From contig CAMFER010000003.1 of assembly GCA_945949485.1 (NCBI GenBank), forward strand, positions 605-64,604: DNA of 64,000 nucleotides. Reading direction: 5' to 3'. Origin of the DNA: an uncultured Clostridium sp. GTDB lineage: Bacteria > Bacillota > Clostridia > TANB77 > CAG-508. Position numbers and translations under genes: made by a program. Below, in pieces: positions 47,325-58,713 of the stretch. The notes under the pieces were generated by a model. That model made no database searches. It was given only the letters and a program-made list of their open reading frames with translations, and was not told where the DNA came from. The stretch's first letter is position 1. Each line of letters opens with the position of its first letter.

Positions 47325-49562
47325 TTATATCTTTTCATGAATTGTTCTGTGTATTACATCTAATTGTTGTTCTCTAGTTAATTTTGTGAAATGAACTGCA
47401 TATCCAGAAACTCTAATTGTTAATTGTGGATATTTTTCTGGGTGTTCCATAGCATCTTCTAATAAACTTCTGTCAAAAACATTAACATTTATATGATGTC
47501 CTGTTTGTTTGAAATATCCATCAAGCATGGTTATTAAATTAGATACTCTTTCTTCTATAGATTTACCAAGTGTGCCTGGAGTAATAGAAAAAGTGTATGA
47601 AATACCATCTTCTGCTTCATCAAAAGGTAATTTAGCAATAGAGTTCATGACAGCCAATGCACCATTAGTGTCTCTTCCGTGTAAAGGATTTGAACCAGGA
47701 CCAAATGGTTCTCCAGCTCTTCTTCCATCTGGAGTATTACCAGTTGCTTTTCCATAAACTACATTAGATGTGATAGTTAATATTGATAATGTATGTTTTG
47801 AATTTCTGTAAGTATGATGCCTTCTTAATTTATCCATAAATGTTTTAGTAATATCAACTGCAATTTGATCAACTCTATCATCATCGTTACCGAATTTTGG
47901 ATAATCACCTTCGATTTTATAATCAACAGCTAGTCCATCTTCATTTCTAATAACTTTTACTTTTGCATATTTAATAGCAGATAAAGAATCAGCTACTACT
48001 GATAAACCAGCTATACCACATGCCATTGTTCTTAAAATATCTTTGTCATGAAGAGCCATTTCTATAGCTTCATAAGAATATTTATCATGCATATAATGTA
48101 TTGAATTTAAAGCTTTTATATATATTTTTGCTACATAATCCATCATTTGATCAAATTTTTGCATTACTTCATCATAATCTAAATATTCTGAAGTGATTGG
48201 AGCATATAGAGGTGTTACTTGTTTTCCAGAAATTTCATCTTTTCCACCATTTATTGCATACAATAAAGTTTTAGCAAGGTTTGCTCTAGCTCCAAAGAAT
48301 TGCATTTGTTTTCCGATTTTCATAGGAGAAACACAACAAGCAATACCATAATCATCTCCTAAAGTAATTCTCATTAAATCATCATTTTCATATTGTATAG
48401 AGGATGTGTTTATTGATAATTTAGTAGTATATTCTTTAAATCCTCTAGGCAATCTGGTAGACCAAAGAACTGTTAAATTTGGTTCAGGAGCAGGTCCTAA
48501 AGTTTCTAAAGTATGAAGAATTCTAAATGAGTTTTTTGTAACTAAAGTTCTTCCATCAATTCCCATACCACCAATACTTTCAGTTACCCAAACAGGGTCA
48601 CCACTAAATAATTCATTATATTCTGGTGTCCTTAAGAAACGTACAAGTCTTAATTTCATTATAAAATGATCCATTATTTCTTGAGCTTTTTCCTCAGTTA
48701 GAATTCCATTTTTTAAATCTCTTTCAAAATATATATCTAAGAAAGAAGATGTTCTACCTAAGCTCATTGCTGCACCATTTTGATCTTTTATTGCACCAAG
48801 ATATCCAAAATATAGCCATTGTACAGCTTCTTTTGCATTTGTCGCAGGTTTAGAAATATCAAAGCCATATTTTGAGGCCATTACTTTTAATTCATTTAAA
48901 GCTTTTATTTGTTCTGAAGTTTCTTCTCTTTGTCTTATAATTTCTTCTGTTAATTCATCAAAATCTAATAAAGTTAATTCATGTTTCTTTTCTTCTATTA
49001 AAACATCAACACCATAAAGAGCAACTCTTCTATAATCACCAATTATTCTTCCTCTTCCATAACCATCAGGAAGTCCTGTAATTAAATGAGAACTTCTTGC
49101 AGCTCTTATATCTGGTGTGTAGACACTAAATACACCATCATTATGAGTTTTTCTATATTTATGAAATATTTCTTCTACTTCATCATCAACTTTTCTATCA
49201 TATGCTTCACAAGATTTTTCAACTATTCTTATACCACCAAATGGCATTATAGCTCTTTTTAATGGTTTATCAGTTTGAAGACCAACTATATTTTCTAAAT
49301 CTTTGTTAATGTATCCTGCTTCATGACTTGAAACTGTAGAAACAGTTTTTGTGTCTATATCTAAAACGCCACCTTTTGAGTTTTGTTCTTTTTTATATAA
49401 TTCTAATACTTCATTCCATAATTTATTTGTTTTTTCAGTAGCATCAGCTAGAAATGAACTATCTCCTTCATATGGAGTATAGTTTAATTGAATAAAGTTT
49501 CTTACATCAATTTTTTCTTGCCAATCACCTTTTTCAAATCCTTTCCATTGTTCAAATTTCAT
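47325..49562 (-). CDS. pflB: Formate C-acetyltransferase (pyruvate formate-lyase)
   Basis: 745 aa with active-site IACCVSPM and the glycyl-radical motif [11 protein letters not shown]. Confidence 0.96.
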   Translation of the reverse strand: MKFEQWKGFEKGDWQEKIDVRNFIQLNYTPYEGDSSFLADATEKTNKLWNEVLELYKKEQNSKGGVLDIDTKTVSTVSSHEAGYINKDLENIVGLQTDKPLKRAIMPFGGIRIVEKSCEAYDRKVDDEVEEIFHKYRKTHNDGVFSVYTPDIRAARSSHLITGLPDGYGRGRIIGDYRRVALYGVDVLIEEKKHELTLLDFDELTEEIIRQREETSEQIKALNELKVMASKYGFDISKPATNAKEAVQWLYFGYLGAIKDQNGAAMSLGRTSSFLDIYFERDLKNGILTEEKAQEIMDHFIMKLRLVRFLRTPEYNELFSGDPVWVTESIGGMGIDGRTLVTKNSFRILHTLETLGPAPEPNLTVLWSTRLPRGFKEYTTKLSINTSSIQYENDDLMRITLGDDYGIACCVSPMKIGKQMQFFGARANLAKTLLYAINGGKDEISGKQVTPLYAPITSEYLDYDEVMQKFDQMMDYVAKIYIKALNSIHYMHDKYSYEAIEMALHDKDILRTMACGIAGLSVVADSLSAIKYAKVKVIRNEDGLAVDYKIEGDYPKFGNDDDRVDQIAVDITKTFMDKLRRHHTYRNSKHTLSILTITSNVVYGKATGNTPDGRRAGEPFGPGSNPLHGRDTNGALAVMNSIAKLPFDEAEDGISYTFSITPGTLGKSIEERVSNLITMLDGYFKQTGHHINVNVFDRSLLEDAMEHPEKYPQLTIRVSGYAVHFTKLTREQQLDVIHRTIHEKI

Positions 49563-49756
49563 TTTTTACCTCCTTTAAACTAATAATATTATTTACAAAT
49601 ATGCCGAATAATATAATAACATACGAAAAAAATATTAGCAACAAAAAAATACTTTTTTCGAGTTCATAATACATATAAAATATAAAAAAATCTGTTGCAA
49701 AAACAACAAAATAGAGCATTCTATATAATAATAAAATACTCTATTTTTTAAATCTA

Positions 49757-50083
49757 TTATTCTGCTTCAGCTATAACTTTTGCAACATTATAAATAAGTT
49801 TTTGTTTATCTGTAGAACAATTTTTTAGAAGATCTGAGAATTCTTTATCTAAGTAATTGTCTGCATTGCTAGATGCACCATTTAAAATATATCCTTCAGA
49901 AACATCTAATAATCTACACAATTGATTTAATCTTTTTAAATTTATATGAGAATTACCTCTTTCAACTCTACTTAAAAAAGCAACTGAGATATCAATTTTT
50001 TCTGCTAAGTCTTCTTGAGTTAAATTTTTTGCAAGTCTTGCTTGTTTTATTCTTTGACCGATTATGCTATAATCTAAAGCCAT
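49757..50083 (-). CDS. XRE-family helix-turn-helix transcriptional regulator (paralogue of 5524-5856), upstream of pflBA
   Basis: IGQRIKQARLAKNLTQEDLAEKIDISVAFLSRVERG. ATG at 50083 after an AGGTAGGTGA SD. Confidence 0.85.
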   Translation of the reverse strand: MALDYSIIGQRIKQARLAKNLTQEDLAEKIDISVAFLSRVERGNSHINLKRLNQLCRLLDVSEGYILNGASSNADNYLDKEFSDLLKNCSTDKQKLIYNVAKVIAEAE

Positions 50084-50491
50084 TTTTATCACCTACCTTA
50101 TTCTTCATAGGTAATATAGCATTTTATAGTTTAAATTTACAGAAACTAAAAAATACAAATAGAACTAATAGGTTTAACAATGCAGTTAATAGAAATTTAA
50201 TATAGAATAAATTAAAAATTAAAAATGCACAACAACGAAAAAAAGAGAAAAGAAGAGAATATTGAAGAGAAATAGAGAAAAAATTAAGAAATAAAGAAAT
50301 CAAAAAGAATAAAGTTGACAAAAAAACGAAAATTAAGTAAATAAATGTATACATAATTTGATTTTGTACAGAATATATAGTATAATAAATATTAGTCGCG
50401 TTTAAAAAACAGTGAAAAAGGAGAGTGAATTTATATTCTAAAAAAGAAATTAAAATACTATACAAAAGAAGCGTTTAAGTATTTTAACATA

Positions 50492-51442
50492 ATGATTATA
50501 GCTTTTGGTTTTATAATCGCGATAATCTTAATAAAATATAAACCAGTCTATAAAATAAGTATTTCTGGTGAAGAAATAGGATATCTCTCTAATATGGATA
50601 ACATTGAAGAAGAGATAAAAGATTCTATAGAAGAAACTGAAAATAAAAATGTAGATTCTGTAATAATAGAAGAAGAGCCAGAATGTGAGTTAAAGCTTAT
50701 AGATAGAACACTTGAGACAAATGAGGAAGAAGTAATTGAAAAAATAGAAGAGAATACAACAGTAACATATAAGTATTATGAAATAGCAGTAGATGATACA
50801 GTATTAGAAAAAGTTAACACTATTGATGAAGCAGAAGAATTAGTTAATGAAATAAAAGTAGAAAATGAAGAAAAAATAAGCCAAGAAGGTTTAGTTTTAA
50901 ACATAAAAGAACAATATACACAAAATGAAGAAGAGGCAAATACAAATACATTAGAAGTTGCGAAAACTAGTGCTACTGAAAGAATGTCAGATGTTATAGA
51001 AGAAGCACAAGCAAAGAGAGAAGAACAAGAAAGAATTGATGCAATGCCAGACGTTAATGGAATAAAATTGGCGACAATACCAGTTACAGGGACAATTACA
51101 TCTAGATATGGAGTAAGTAGTAGAATAAGAAGTTCAGATCATACAGGTCTTGATATAGCTGCAAAAACTGGTACAGATATTCAAGTAGTAGCAGATGGGA
51201 TAGTTGAATTTGCAGCATACAGTGGGTCATATGGAAAATTGGTTAAAATAAATCATGGTAATGGCGTTGAAACCTGGTATGCACATACTAGCAAAATATA
51301 TGTAAAAGTTGGAGATGAAGTGAAGGCAGGAGATATTATAGCTGCAGTAGGATCAACAGGGAACTCGACAGGACCACATTTACATTTTGAAATTAGGATT
51401 AATGGTGAACATGTAAATCCTCAATCATATTTATATAAATAA
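50492..51442 (+). CDS. M23/LytM-family metallopeptidase with an N-terminal TM anchor and an acidic linker; the true start is probably upstream (ATT at 50429/50435)
   Basis: HTGLDIAAKTGTDI and GSTGNSTGPHLHFEI motifs. ATG 50492 has no SD. An in-frame open extension begins just after the AAAGGAGAG SD (50417-50425). Confidence 0.8.
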   Translation: MIIAFGFIIAIILIKYKPVYKISISGEEIGYLSNMDNIEEEIKDSIEETENKNVDSVIIEEEPECELKLIDRTLETNEEEVIEKIEENTTVTYKYYEIAVDDTVLEKVNTIDEAEELVNEIKVENEEKISQEGLVLNIKEQYTQNEEEANTNTLEVAKTSATERMSDVIEEAQAKREEQERIDAMPDVNGIKLATIPVTGTITSRYGVSSRIRSSDHTGLDIAAKTGTDIQVVADGIVEFAAYSGSYGKLVKINHGNGVETWYAHTSKIYVKVGDEVKAGDIIAAVGSTGNSTGPHLHFEIRINGEHVNPQSYLYK

Positions 51443-51463
51443 AAGAATATAATAAAAAAAAAG

Positions 51464-51491
51464 AACCTAGAGATTACAATCTCTAGGTTTT
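51464..51491. terminator. Bidirectional terminator
   Basis: AACCTAGAGAT-TACA-ATCTCTAGGTT followed by TTT, preceded by an A run. Confidence 0.8.
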
Positions 51492-52102
51492 TAGTAATCA
51501 TATAATTCTGAATATTCTTCATCATACTCAAAATATTGTTCATCAAAATGTGTAGGATCAGTTTCATTACTAATATTATCGCCGAAAAACTGTAAATATA
51601 GTTCATCCGTAATATCATAATCTTCATCTAAATCTAAATCAACAAATTTTTTAATTGGATTTTCAAACTTAAGTTTAAAAGTATTTTTATCTACACAAGT
51701 TATAATATGATTTTTTCGATCCATCCATACAAAGTTTTCGTTATTAAAATCATTGATATCAATAACAAAAAGTCCATCTTCTATAAACCTATTGATTTCA
51801 AATCTATCTTTTGAATAAACTTGAAATATGGATTTTAATTGAAAACTATTTAATAACTTAAAATTAAAGAAATCTGATTTGTAAACAACATCTTGAAAAA
51901 CGAAAACTACGTTACATACTTTTCTTAATTCATCAAAAGAAATAGCTTGATTGTTTTGAGTTATAGCTCTTATGAAAAATTTGTAATCGGTAGCATTTTT
52001 TAAACCGCCTTCTTCAGAAGAATATTTTGGAATTATATAATTCCGTTTGATTTTTCTTTCTTGTAAATAAGTTTTTTCTAAGTCAAGAATTCTTTTTGTC
52101 AT
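51491..52102 (-). CDS. Hypothetical protein (203 aa, orphan, acidic Tyr-rich C-terminus)
   Basis: Strong GGGAGG SD 6 nt before the ATG. I recognise no family. In-frame CGG at codon 20. Confidence 0.5.
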   Translation of the reverse strand: MTKRILDLEKTYLQERKIKRNYIIPKYSSEEGGLKNATDYKFFIRAITQNNQAISFDELRKVCNVVFVFQDVVYKSDFFNFKLLNSFQLKSIFQVYSKDRFEINRFIEDGLFVIDINDFNNENFVWMDRKNHIITCVDKNTFKLKFENPIKKFVDLDLDEDYDITDELYLQFFGDNISNETDPTHFDEQYFEYDEEYSELYDY

Positions 52103-52195
52103 AATAACCTCCCATAATCAAATAGGAAAATAATCCTATTTTTACAACTAATTTACATAATTAATTATACCATAAATTATAGGACTAGTCAAATT

Positions 52196-52230
52196 ATATA
52201 AAAAAGACACTAATAAAATTAAGTGTCTTT
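52196..52230 (-). terminator. Intrinsic terminator of asnS
   Basis: AAGACACT / AGTGTCTT stem with a T run on the minus strand. Confidence 0.8.
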
Positions 52231-52237
52231 CTAAAAA

Positions 52238-53629
52238 TTAAAATTCACAATTTTTTGGAGTTCTTGGGAATGGTATTACATCTCTAATGTTTTGCATACC
52301 AGTTAAATACATGATACATCTTTCAAAACCAAGACCATATCCAGCATGATTACAACTTCCATATTTTCTTAAATCTAAATACCATTCATAATTTTCGATT
52401 GGCATATTTAGTTCTTTCATTCTATTTAATAGTTTCTCATAGCTTTCTTCTCTTTGACTTCCACCAATTATTTCTCCAATTCCAGGAACTAGAAGGTCAG
52501 CTGCTGCAACAGTTTTTCCATCATCATTTAATTTCATATAAAATGCTTTTATATCTTTTGGGTAATCAGTAACAAAAACAGGTTTCTTAAATATTTTTTC
52601 ACAAAGATATCTTTCATGTTCTGTTTGTAGATCTACTCCCCAAGATACTTTATATTCAAATTTATCATTAACTTTTTCTAATTCTTTAACAGCATCTGTA
52701 TAAGATATTCTCACAAAATCAGAATTTATAACATGATTTAATCTATCTAATAAGCCCTTATCAACAAAGTTATTAAAGAATTCCATTTCACAAGGACAAT
52801 TATCTAAGACATATTTAAAAATATATTTAATCATATCTTCAGCTAAATCCATTGAATCAGATAGTTCTGCAAAACAAATTTCTGGCTCTACCATCCAAAA
52901 TTCAGCAGCATGTTTAACAGTATTTGAATTTTCAGCTCTAAAAGTTGGACCAAATGTGTATACATTGCAAAAACTTTCTGCAAAAGATTCAGCATTTAGT
53001 TGACCGCTAACTGTTAAATGGGCAGGTTTTCCGAAAAAGTCTTTAGAGAAATCTACTTTTCCATCTTCTGTTTTGGGTAAATTCTCTAAATCAAAAGAAT
53101 TAACATTAAACATTTCTCCAGCACCTTCAGCATCACTTGCGGTAATTAAAGGAGTATTTACATATACAAATCCACGTTCTTGGAAGAATTTGTGGATAGC
53201 AAATGCTAAAACACTTCTTACACGGAATACTGCATTAAAAGTATTTGTTCTTGCTCTTAAATGAGAAATAGTCCTTAAATATTCAAATGTGTGTCTCTTT
53301 TTTTGAAGAGGATAACTTGAATCTGATAAGTTCTCTATAATTATTTTTGTAGCTTGCACTTCAAAAGGTTGTTTTGAAGATTCAGTTAGTACAAATTTTC
53401 CTGTAACAGTTATTGTAGAACTAATAGTCAATTTTTTTATATCTTCGAAATTTTCTAAAGTATCATTAAAGACAATTTGAAGGTTTTTAAAATATGTACC
53501 ATCATTTAATTCTATAAAACCAAAAGATTTAGAATCTCTAACTGTACGAACCCAAGCTGAGATACTTATTTCTTTATCCTTATAGTTTTCTTTATTTAAA
53601 TATAAGTCTTTTATAGTTAGTTTTTTCAT
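52238..53629 (-). CDS. asnS: Asparagine--tRNA ligase
   Basis: 463 aa class IIb synthetase: [39 protein letters not shown]. Confidence 0.95.
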   Translation of the reverse strand: MKKLTIKDLYLNKENYKDKEISISAWVRTVRDSKSFGFIELNDGTYFKNLQIVFNDTLENFEDIKKLTISSTITVTGKFVLTESSKQPFEVQATKIIIENLSDSSYPLQKKRHTFEYLRTISHLRARTNTFNAVFRVRSVLAFAIHKFFQERGFVYVNTPLITASDAEGAGEMFNVNSFDLENLPKTEDGKVDFSKDFFGKPAHLTVSGQLNAESFAESFCNVYTFGPTFRAENSNTVKHAAEFWMVEPEICFAELSDSMDLAEDMIKYIFKYVLDNCPCEMEFFNNFVDKGLLDRLNHVINSDFVRISYTDAVKELEKVNDKFEYKVSWGVDLQTEHERYLCEKIFKKPVFVTDYPKDIKAFYMKLNDDGKTVAAADLLVPGIGEIIGGSQREESYEKLLNRMKELNMPIENYEWYLDLRKYGSCNHAGYGLGFERCIMYLTGMQNIRDVIPFPRTPKNCEF

Positions 53630-53801
53630 AAGATTACCTCCAGTTTATTGTATATGGTAAATATTATATGATATATTAACTCAAATTTCAAGAGAAATGG
53701 CTAAAAATAAATATATAAAGTTATACCAATTGGTCATAATAGGTGAAAATATAAAAAAATTAATATATACTTATAACAATAAAGACAAAAGGAGCGAAAA
53801 A

Positions 53802-55539
53802 ATGAAAGTTGATGGAAAAATAAAATTATATGAAGCTGAAAGATTTAGAGACTTAAGAGAAATGATTACTAGCTCAGTAAAGAAATACAAAGATAAAGTA
53901 GCATTTGTGATAAAGCATAAAAAAGATGATAAAAACTTTACATATGAAGAAAAAACATTTGAAGATTTAGATTCTGATATAAAAGGATTAGCAACAGGAC
54001 TACTAGACTTGGGATTAGAAGATAAAAGAATTGCGATAATTGCAAAAAATAGGTATGAATGGTGTACATCATATTTAGCAGTAGTAAATGGAGTGGGAAT
54101 AGTAGTACCACTTGATAAATCTTTAACAGATGAAGAAATAATATTATCACTAAAAAGAAGTAAAGCAGATGCATTGATTTTTGAAAGAAATTATTTGCAT
54201 ATAATGGAAAGAATTATAAAAGAGGAAGATACAAATATTGCTAAATATATTTGTATGGATGAAATAGAGAATAAAGAGAATATTCTATCTTACAAAAAAA
54301 TAGTTGAAGATGGAAAGAGAAGTTTTGATAATGGAAATAAGAGGTATTTAGAAAAAGAAATTAATCCTGAAGAAATGAGAATTATTTTATTTACATCAGG
54401 AACAACATCTATTTCTAAAGCTGTAATGTTATCACATAAAAATATTGTAGAAAACATATATGGATTAAATTCAATTGTAAAAATATATGATACAGATGTA
54501 AACTTAGCATTTTTACCAATGCACCATACATTTGGATGTACAGGATTTTTATTCTTTTTATCAAATGGAGCAAGATCAGTATTTTGTGATGGTATAAGAC
54601 ACATTCAAAGTAATCTTAAAGAATATAAAGTATCTGTATTTGTTTGTGTACCATTACTTCTAGAAATGATGTATAAAAAAATAAACCAAGAAGTAGAAAG
54701 ACAAGGAAAAACAAAAATATTAAGTATTGCTAGAAAAATAAGTAATGTCTTATTAAAAATAGGAATAGATGTAAGAAGAAAATTATTTAAGATGATTATT
54801 GATAATTTAGGTGGAAATATAAGATTGGTAGTTAGCCGGAGCTGCTGCAATTGATAGAGAAGTTGCAAAAGGGTTTAATGAAATGGGTATTGCAACATTA
54901 CAAGGTTATGGATTAACAGAAACATCACCAGTTTTAACTGCAGAAAATGACAAAAATATTTGTTATGGTTCAGTAGGATTTCCATTAGTTAATGTTGAAA
55001 TAAAAATAGATAATCCAAATGAACAAGGAATAGGAGAGGTAATAGCAAAAGGACCGAATGTAATGCTTGGATATTATGAAATGGAAAATGAAACAAAAGA
55101 AGTATTAAAAGATGGTTGGCTCTATACAGGAGACTTAGGATATTTGGATAAAAAAGGACATTTATTTATTACAGGTAGAAAGAAAAATGTTATAGTATTA
55201 AAAAATGGAAAAAATGTATATCCTGAAGAAATGGAAATAATGATAAACAATTTACCATATGTTGCTGAAAGTATGGTATTTGGATATCCAAAAGATGATG
55301 ATTTAATAGTATCTACAAAAATTGTATATAATGAAGATTATATTAAAGAAAAATATAATAATATACAAGAAAAAGAATTATATGAAATGATATGGAAAGA
55401 CATAAAAGAAAAAGTAAATAAGTTTTTACCAAATTATAAACATATTAAGAAATTAATAATTTCAAATGAGCCAATGATAAAAACAACTACACAAAAGATC
55501 AAAAGATTTGAAGAAATAAAGAAAATTGTAAACGATTAA
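53802..55539 (+). pseudogene. Long-chain fatty-acid--CoA ligase (AMP-binding family), frame broken at 54837 (AGC C GGA)
   Basis: FTSGTTSISKAVMLSH AMP motif. Skipping C54837 joins [36 protein letters not shown]. ATG at 53802 after an AAGGAG SD. Confidence 0.85.
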
Positions 55540-55544
55540 AGTGA

Positions 55545-55578
55545 AAAGAAACTTAGAAAAAAGTTAGGTTTCTTTTTT
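55545..55578 (+). terminator. Intrinsic terminator
   Basis: AAAGAAACTTA / TTAGGTTTCTTT stem (one G-U pair) with a T run. Confidence 0.7.
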
Positions 55579-55645
55579 AATATACACCTTTTACGTAAAT
55601 TAAACATAATATATAACGAAAGCGAAAGTGAAAGGCGGGAGAAAA

Positions 55646-56914
55646 ATGGAAAATGAATATGAGTACATAATTAAGGGTGGAAATAAGGTAGAAGGTGAAG
55701 TAGAAATATCTGGCTCAAAAAATGCAGCTTTGCCAATTATTGCTGCTACTATTTTAAATGGAGGAGTATCAACTTTATATAATGTACCAAATATCCATGA
55801 TACAAAAATGATGTATGAAATTTTGAATAGATTAGGAGGAAAAGTAGTAAAAAAGAAGAACAAAGTAATAATAGATACAAGTGGTATTAACAAATATGAG
55901 ATTCCAGAAGGATTAATGAGACAGATGCGTTCATCAGTAATTTTGGTAGGCAGCTTGGTAGGAAAATATAGGAAAGCAACATTTTCATATCCAGGTGGAT
56001 GTGATATTGGAACAAGACCAATAGATTTACATTTAAAAGGATTTGAAAAAATAGGAATAAATATTGATAAAAACTATGGAAATATTACTTGTAGTTGTGA
56101 TAGAATAATAGGAGAAAAAATTATACTAGATTTCCCAAGCGTAGGAGCTACTGAAAACATTATACTTGCATCTTGTCTGGGAGAAGGAACAACTAGAATT
56201 ATCAATGCAGCAAGAGAACCAGAAATATTAGACTTGCAAAATTTTCTAAATAGAATGGGAGCAAAGATAAAAGGAGCCGGAACCAACGAAATAGAAATAG
56301 AAGGGGTAAAAAATCTAAAAGATGTAAGCTATAATATTATGCCAGATAGAATAGAGGCAGGAACATTTTTGTGTATGACTGCTATTACTGGGGGAAATGC
56401 TAAATTATTAAATGTTAATGATAAACATATAATACCAATAATAGATAAATTAGAAGAAGCTGGATGTAAAATAGAAATAGATAAAAATACTATCAAAATA
56501 CAAGGCCCCAAAAGATTAAAATCTGTTAATATAAAAACTATGCCATATCCAGGTTTTCCCACAGATATGCAATCAATATTTACTACTGTTCTTACAACTG
56601 CAAGAGGAACATCTATAGTAGTAGAAAACATTTTTGAAAATAGATATAAATACACTCAAGAATTAATAAGAATGGGAGCAAAGATTTCAATTGAAGGAAA
56701 GATGGCTATTGTAAAAGGAGTAAAAAAGCTATATGGAGCAAATGTTAAAGCGACTGATTTGAGAGGAGGTGCTTCATTAGTACTAGCAGGAATTGTAGCA
56801 AAAGGAGAAACGATAGTTGAAAATATTGGATATATTTTAAGAGGTTATGAAGATTTTGATAAAAAGATAAGCAATTTGGGTATAGATATCAGTAAAAGAA
56901 TAAAATTAAATTAG
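55646..56914 (+). CDS. murA: UDP-N-acetylglucosamine 1-carboxyvinyltransferase
   Basis: ISGSKNAALPIIAA, PGGCDIGTRPIDLH (catalytic Cys), and GFPTDMQ motifs. Confidence 0.95.
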   Translation: MENEYEYIIKGGNKVEGEVEISGSKNAALPIIAATILNGGVSTLYNVPNIHDTKMMYEILNRLGGKVVKKKNKVIIDTSGINKYEIPEGLMRQMRSSVILVGSLVGKYRKATFSYPGGCDIGTRPIDLHLKGFEKIGINIDKNYGNITCSCDRIIGEKIILDFPSVGATENIILASCLGEGTTRIINAAREPEILDLQNFLNRMGAKIKGAGTNEIEIEGVKNLKDVSYNIMPDRIEAGTFLCMTAITGGNAKLLNVNDKHIIPIIDKLEEAGCKIEIDKNTIKIQGPKRLKSVNIKTMPYPGFPTDMQSIFTTVLTTARGTSIVVENIFENRYKYTQELIRMGAKISIEGKMAIVKGVKKLYGANVKATDLRGGASLVLAGIVAKGETIVENIGYILRGYEDFDKKISNLGIDISKRIKLN

Positions 56915-56961
56915 GGCTTTTTTAAGCCCTAGATACCATTCTTAAAAGAAGGAGGAAAATA

Positions 56962-57966
56962 GTGAAAAAAGAAACAAAAGATTTAAACTTATATTATATG
57001 GATAATGGACAAGCTAAAAATGATGAAAAAACAAAAAAACAAAACAAAAGAAAGATAGCTAAAAAAAGAGAGAAAAGAATAAAGCAAAATATTAAAAATA
57101 GAGAAAAGAACGAATTTGATATAGAAAATGAAACAGTAATAGAAATGACAAATAAAAATAAACTAAAAAAAGATGAAGAACAGAGAAAGAAGATAACAAA
57201 AAAAGAAAAGAAAAGAATGAAAAAAATAAAACGAATTAAATTTATTTTAAAAATATTTTTGTTATTATGTGTTATAACTGGAATAATTGTCTTTGCATTT
57301 ACATCACCGATTTTTAACATTAAAGACATAAAAGTAATAAATAATAGTCAAATAACAAGTGAAAATATAATTAGTTTGTCTGGTATAAAGACAGGTGAAA
57401 ATTTATTTAAATTTAGTAGTATAAAAGCACAAAACGGAATAAAAGAAAATCCATATATAGAAAGTGTAAAAGTAAATAGAAAGTTTCCGAATACTATAGA
57501 AATAGATGTGAAAGAGAGAACCGCGACATATAGTGTAGACTTTTTAGGAAAGTATGCATATATAAATAATCAAGGATATATATTAGAAATATCTGAAGAT
57601 TCTAAAAATATGACTAAAATATTAGGTATAACTACACCAGAAGATCAAATTGCAGCAGGAAATAGATTAAATGAAGAAGATTTGGAAAAATTAGAAGATG
57701 TTCTAAAAATGACTGCTGTTATGACTGAAAATAATTTAAACGATAAGGTCACAAGTATTGACATTAAAGATAAAAATGAATATATTATATATTTAGAAGA
57801 AGAACAAAAAACAGTTCACATTGGAGATAGTTCGAATTTAAATAATAAAATATTGTATATATTAGCAATTTTGGAAGCAGAAAAAGGAAAAAAAGGAGAT
57901 ATATATGTAAATGGTGATTTAAATAATAAATTTCAACCATATTTTAGAGAAAGTGTAACAGTATAA
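56962..57966 (+). CDS. divIB: Cell division protein DivIB/FtsQ (POTRA domain) with a long Lys-rich N-terminus
   Basis: GTG start after a GAAGGAGG SD, one TM segment, then POTRA (FNIKDIKVINNSQITSENII). It sits upstream of ylxW/ylxX/sbp/ftsA. Confidence 0.8.
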   Translation: MKKETKDLNLYYMDNGQAKNDEKTKKQNKRKIAKKREKRIKQNIKNREKNEFDIENETVIEMTNKNKLKKDEEQRKKITKKEKKRMKKIKRIKFILKIFLLLCVITGIIVFAFTSPIFNIKDIKVINNSQITSENIISLSGIKTGENLFKFSSIKAQNGIKENPYIESVKVNRKFPNTIEIDVKERTATYSVDFLGKYAYINNQGYILEISEDSKNMTKILGITTPEDQIAAGNRLNEEDLEKLEDVLKMTAVMTENNLNDKVTSIDIKDKNEYIIYLEEEQKTVHIGDSSNLNNKILYILAILEAEKGKKGDIYVNGDLNNKFQPYFRESVTV

Positions 57967-57985
57967 TTATGAAAGAGGTGAAAAA

Positions 57986-58702
57986 ATGCTTGATAAAAAA
58001 ATAATTTCAATAATACTAGGAATAATGTGCTTTTTATTAACATTAGGAATTTTTGTTCAAGTGAGAACAGTGACAAACTCTAATTCTACAGTAAGTCAAA
58101 ATTATGAAGAAAATAATTTAAGAGCAGAAGTTTTAAAATATAAAGAAAGATATGAAAATAAATACAAAGAACTTGAAGAAGCTGAAGAAGAGCTAGAGAT
58201 AGCAAGACAGGAATCTACAAAGAATAATAGTGAATTAGAAGATAAAGAAACACAAATACAAGAAGGAAAAAAGATTTTAGGGATGACAGATGTAACTGGA
58301 CCTGGTGTAATAATAACATTAAGTGACAGTAAAAAAGATGCTAATAGTGTATTAAATCCAAATGAATTATTAGTACATGATGGAGACGTTTTAAGTGTTA
58401 TTAATGAGTTAAAAAATGCAGGAGCAGAAGCAATTTCTATTAATGATCAAAGAATAGTTCCAACAACAAGCATATCTTGTGGAGGTAATATAATAGAAAT
58501 CAATGGAGAAAAAGTTGGTGCTCCATTTGTTATAAAAGCTATAGGACTACCAGAACAATTATCAGCTTTAGATAGACCAGGAGGTTATTTGGATATATTA
58601 AGAGATCATAGTATTGGAGCAGAATTGAAACAAACAAATTCAACAACTATTCCTAAATATACAGGAGTTATATCATACAAATATGTAACTACTTCTAAGT
58701 AA
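57986..58702 (+). CDS. DUF881 domain protein (YlxW-like)
   Basis: GPGVIITLSD..LLVHDGDVLSVINELKNAGAEAISINDQRI. Confidence 0.8.
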   Translation: MLDKKIISIILGIMCFLLTLGIFVQVRTVTNSNSTVSQNYEENNLRAEVLKYKERYENKYKELEEAEEELEIARQESTKNNSELEDKETQIQEGKKILGMTDVTGPGVIITLSDSKKDANSVLNPNELLVHDGDVLSVINELKNAGAEAISINDQRIVPTTSISCGGNIIEINGEKVGAPFVIKAIGLPEQLSALDRPGGYLDILRDHSIGAELKQTNSTTIPKYTGVISYKYVTTSK

Positions 58703-58713
58703 AGGAGGAGAAA

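Noticed and set aside
50124-50465. 113-aa minus-strand ORF, plus the 49873-50205 plus-strand ORF, in the XRE/M23 intergenic region.
   Set aside because: The sequence is low-complexity Phe/Leu-rich, lies in an A-rich promoter region, has no SD, and overlaps the real XRE gene and the upstream signals of the M23 gene.
53630-53696. Possible T-box leader upstream of asnS.
   Set aside because: Only about 65 nt lie between the asnS start and the neighbouring region. That is too short for a T-box, and I saw no T-box sequence or specifier-loop architecture.
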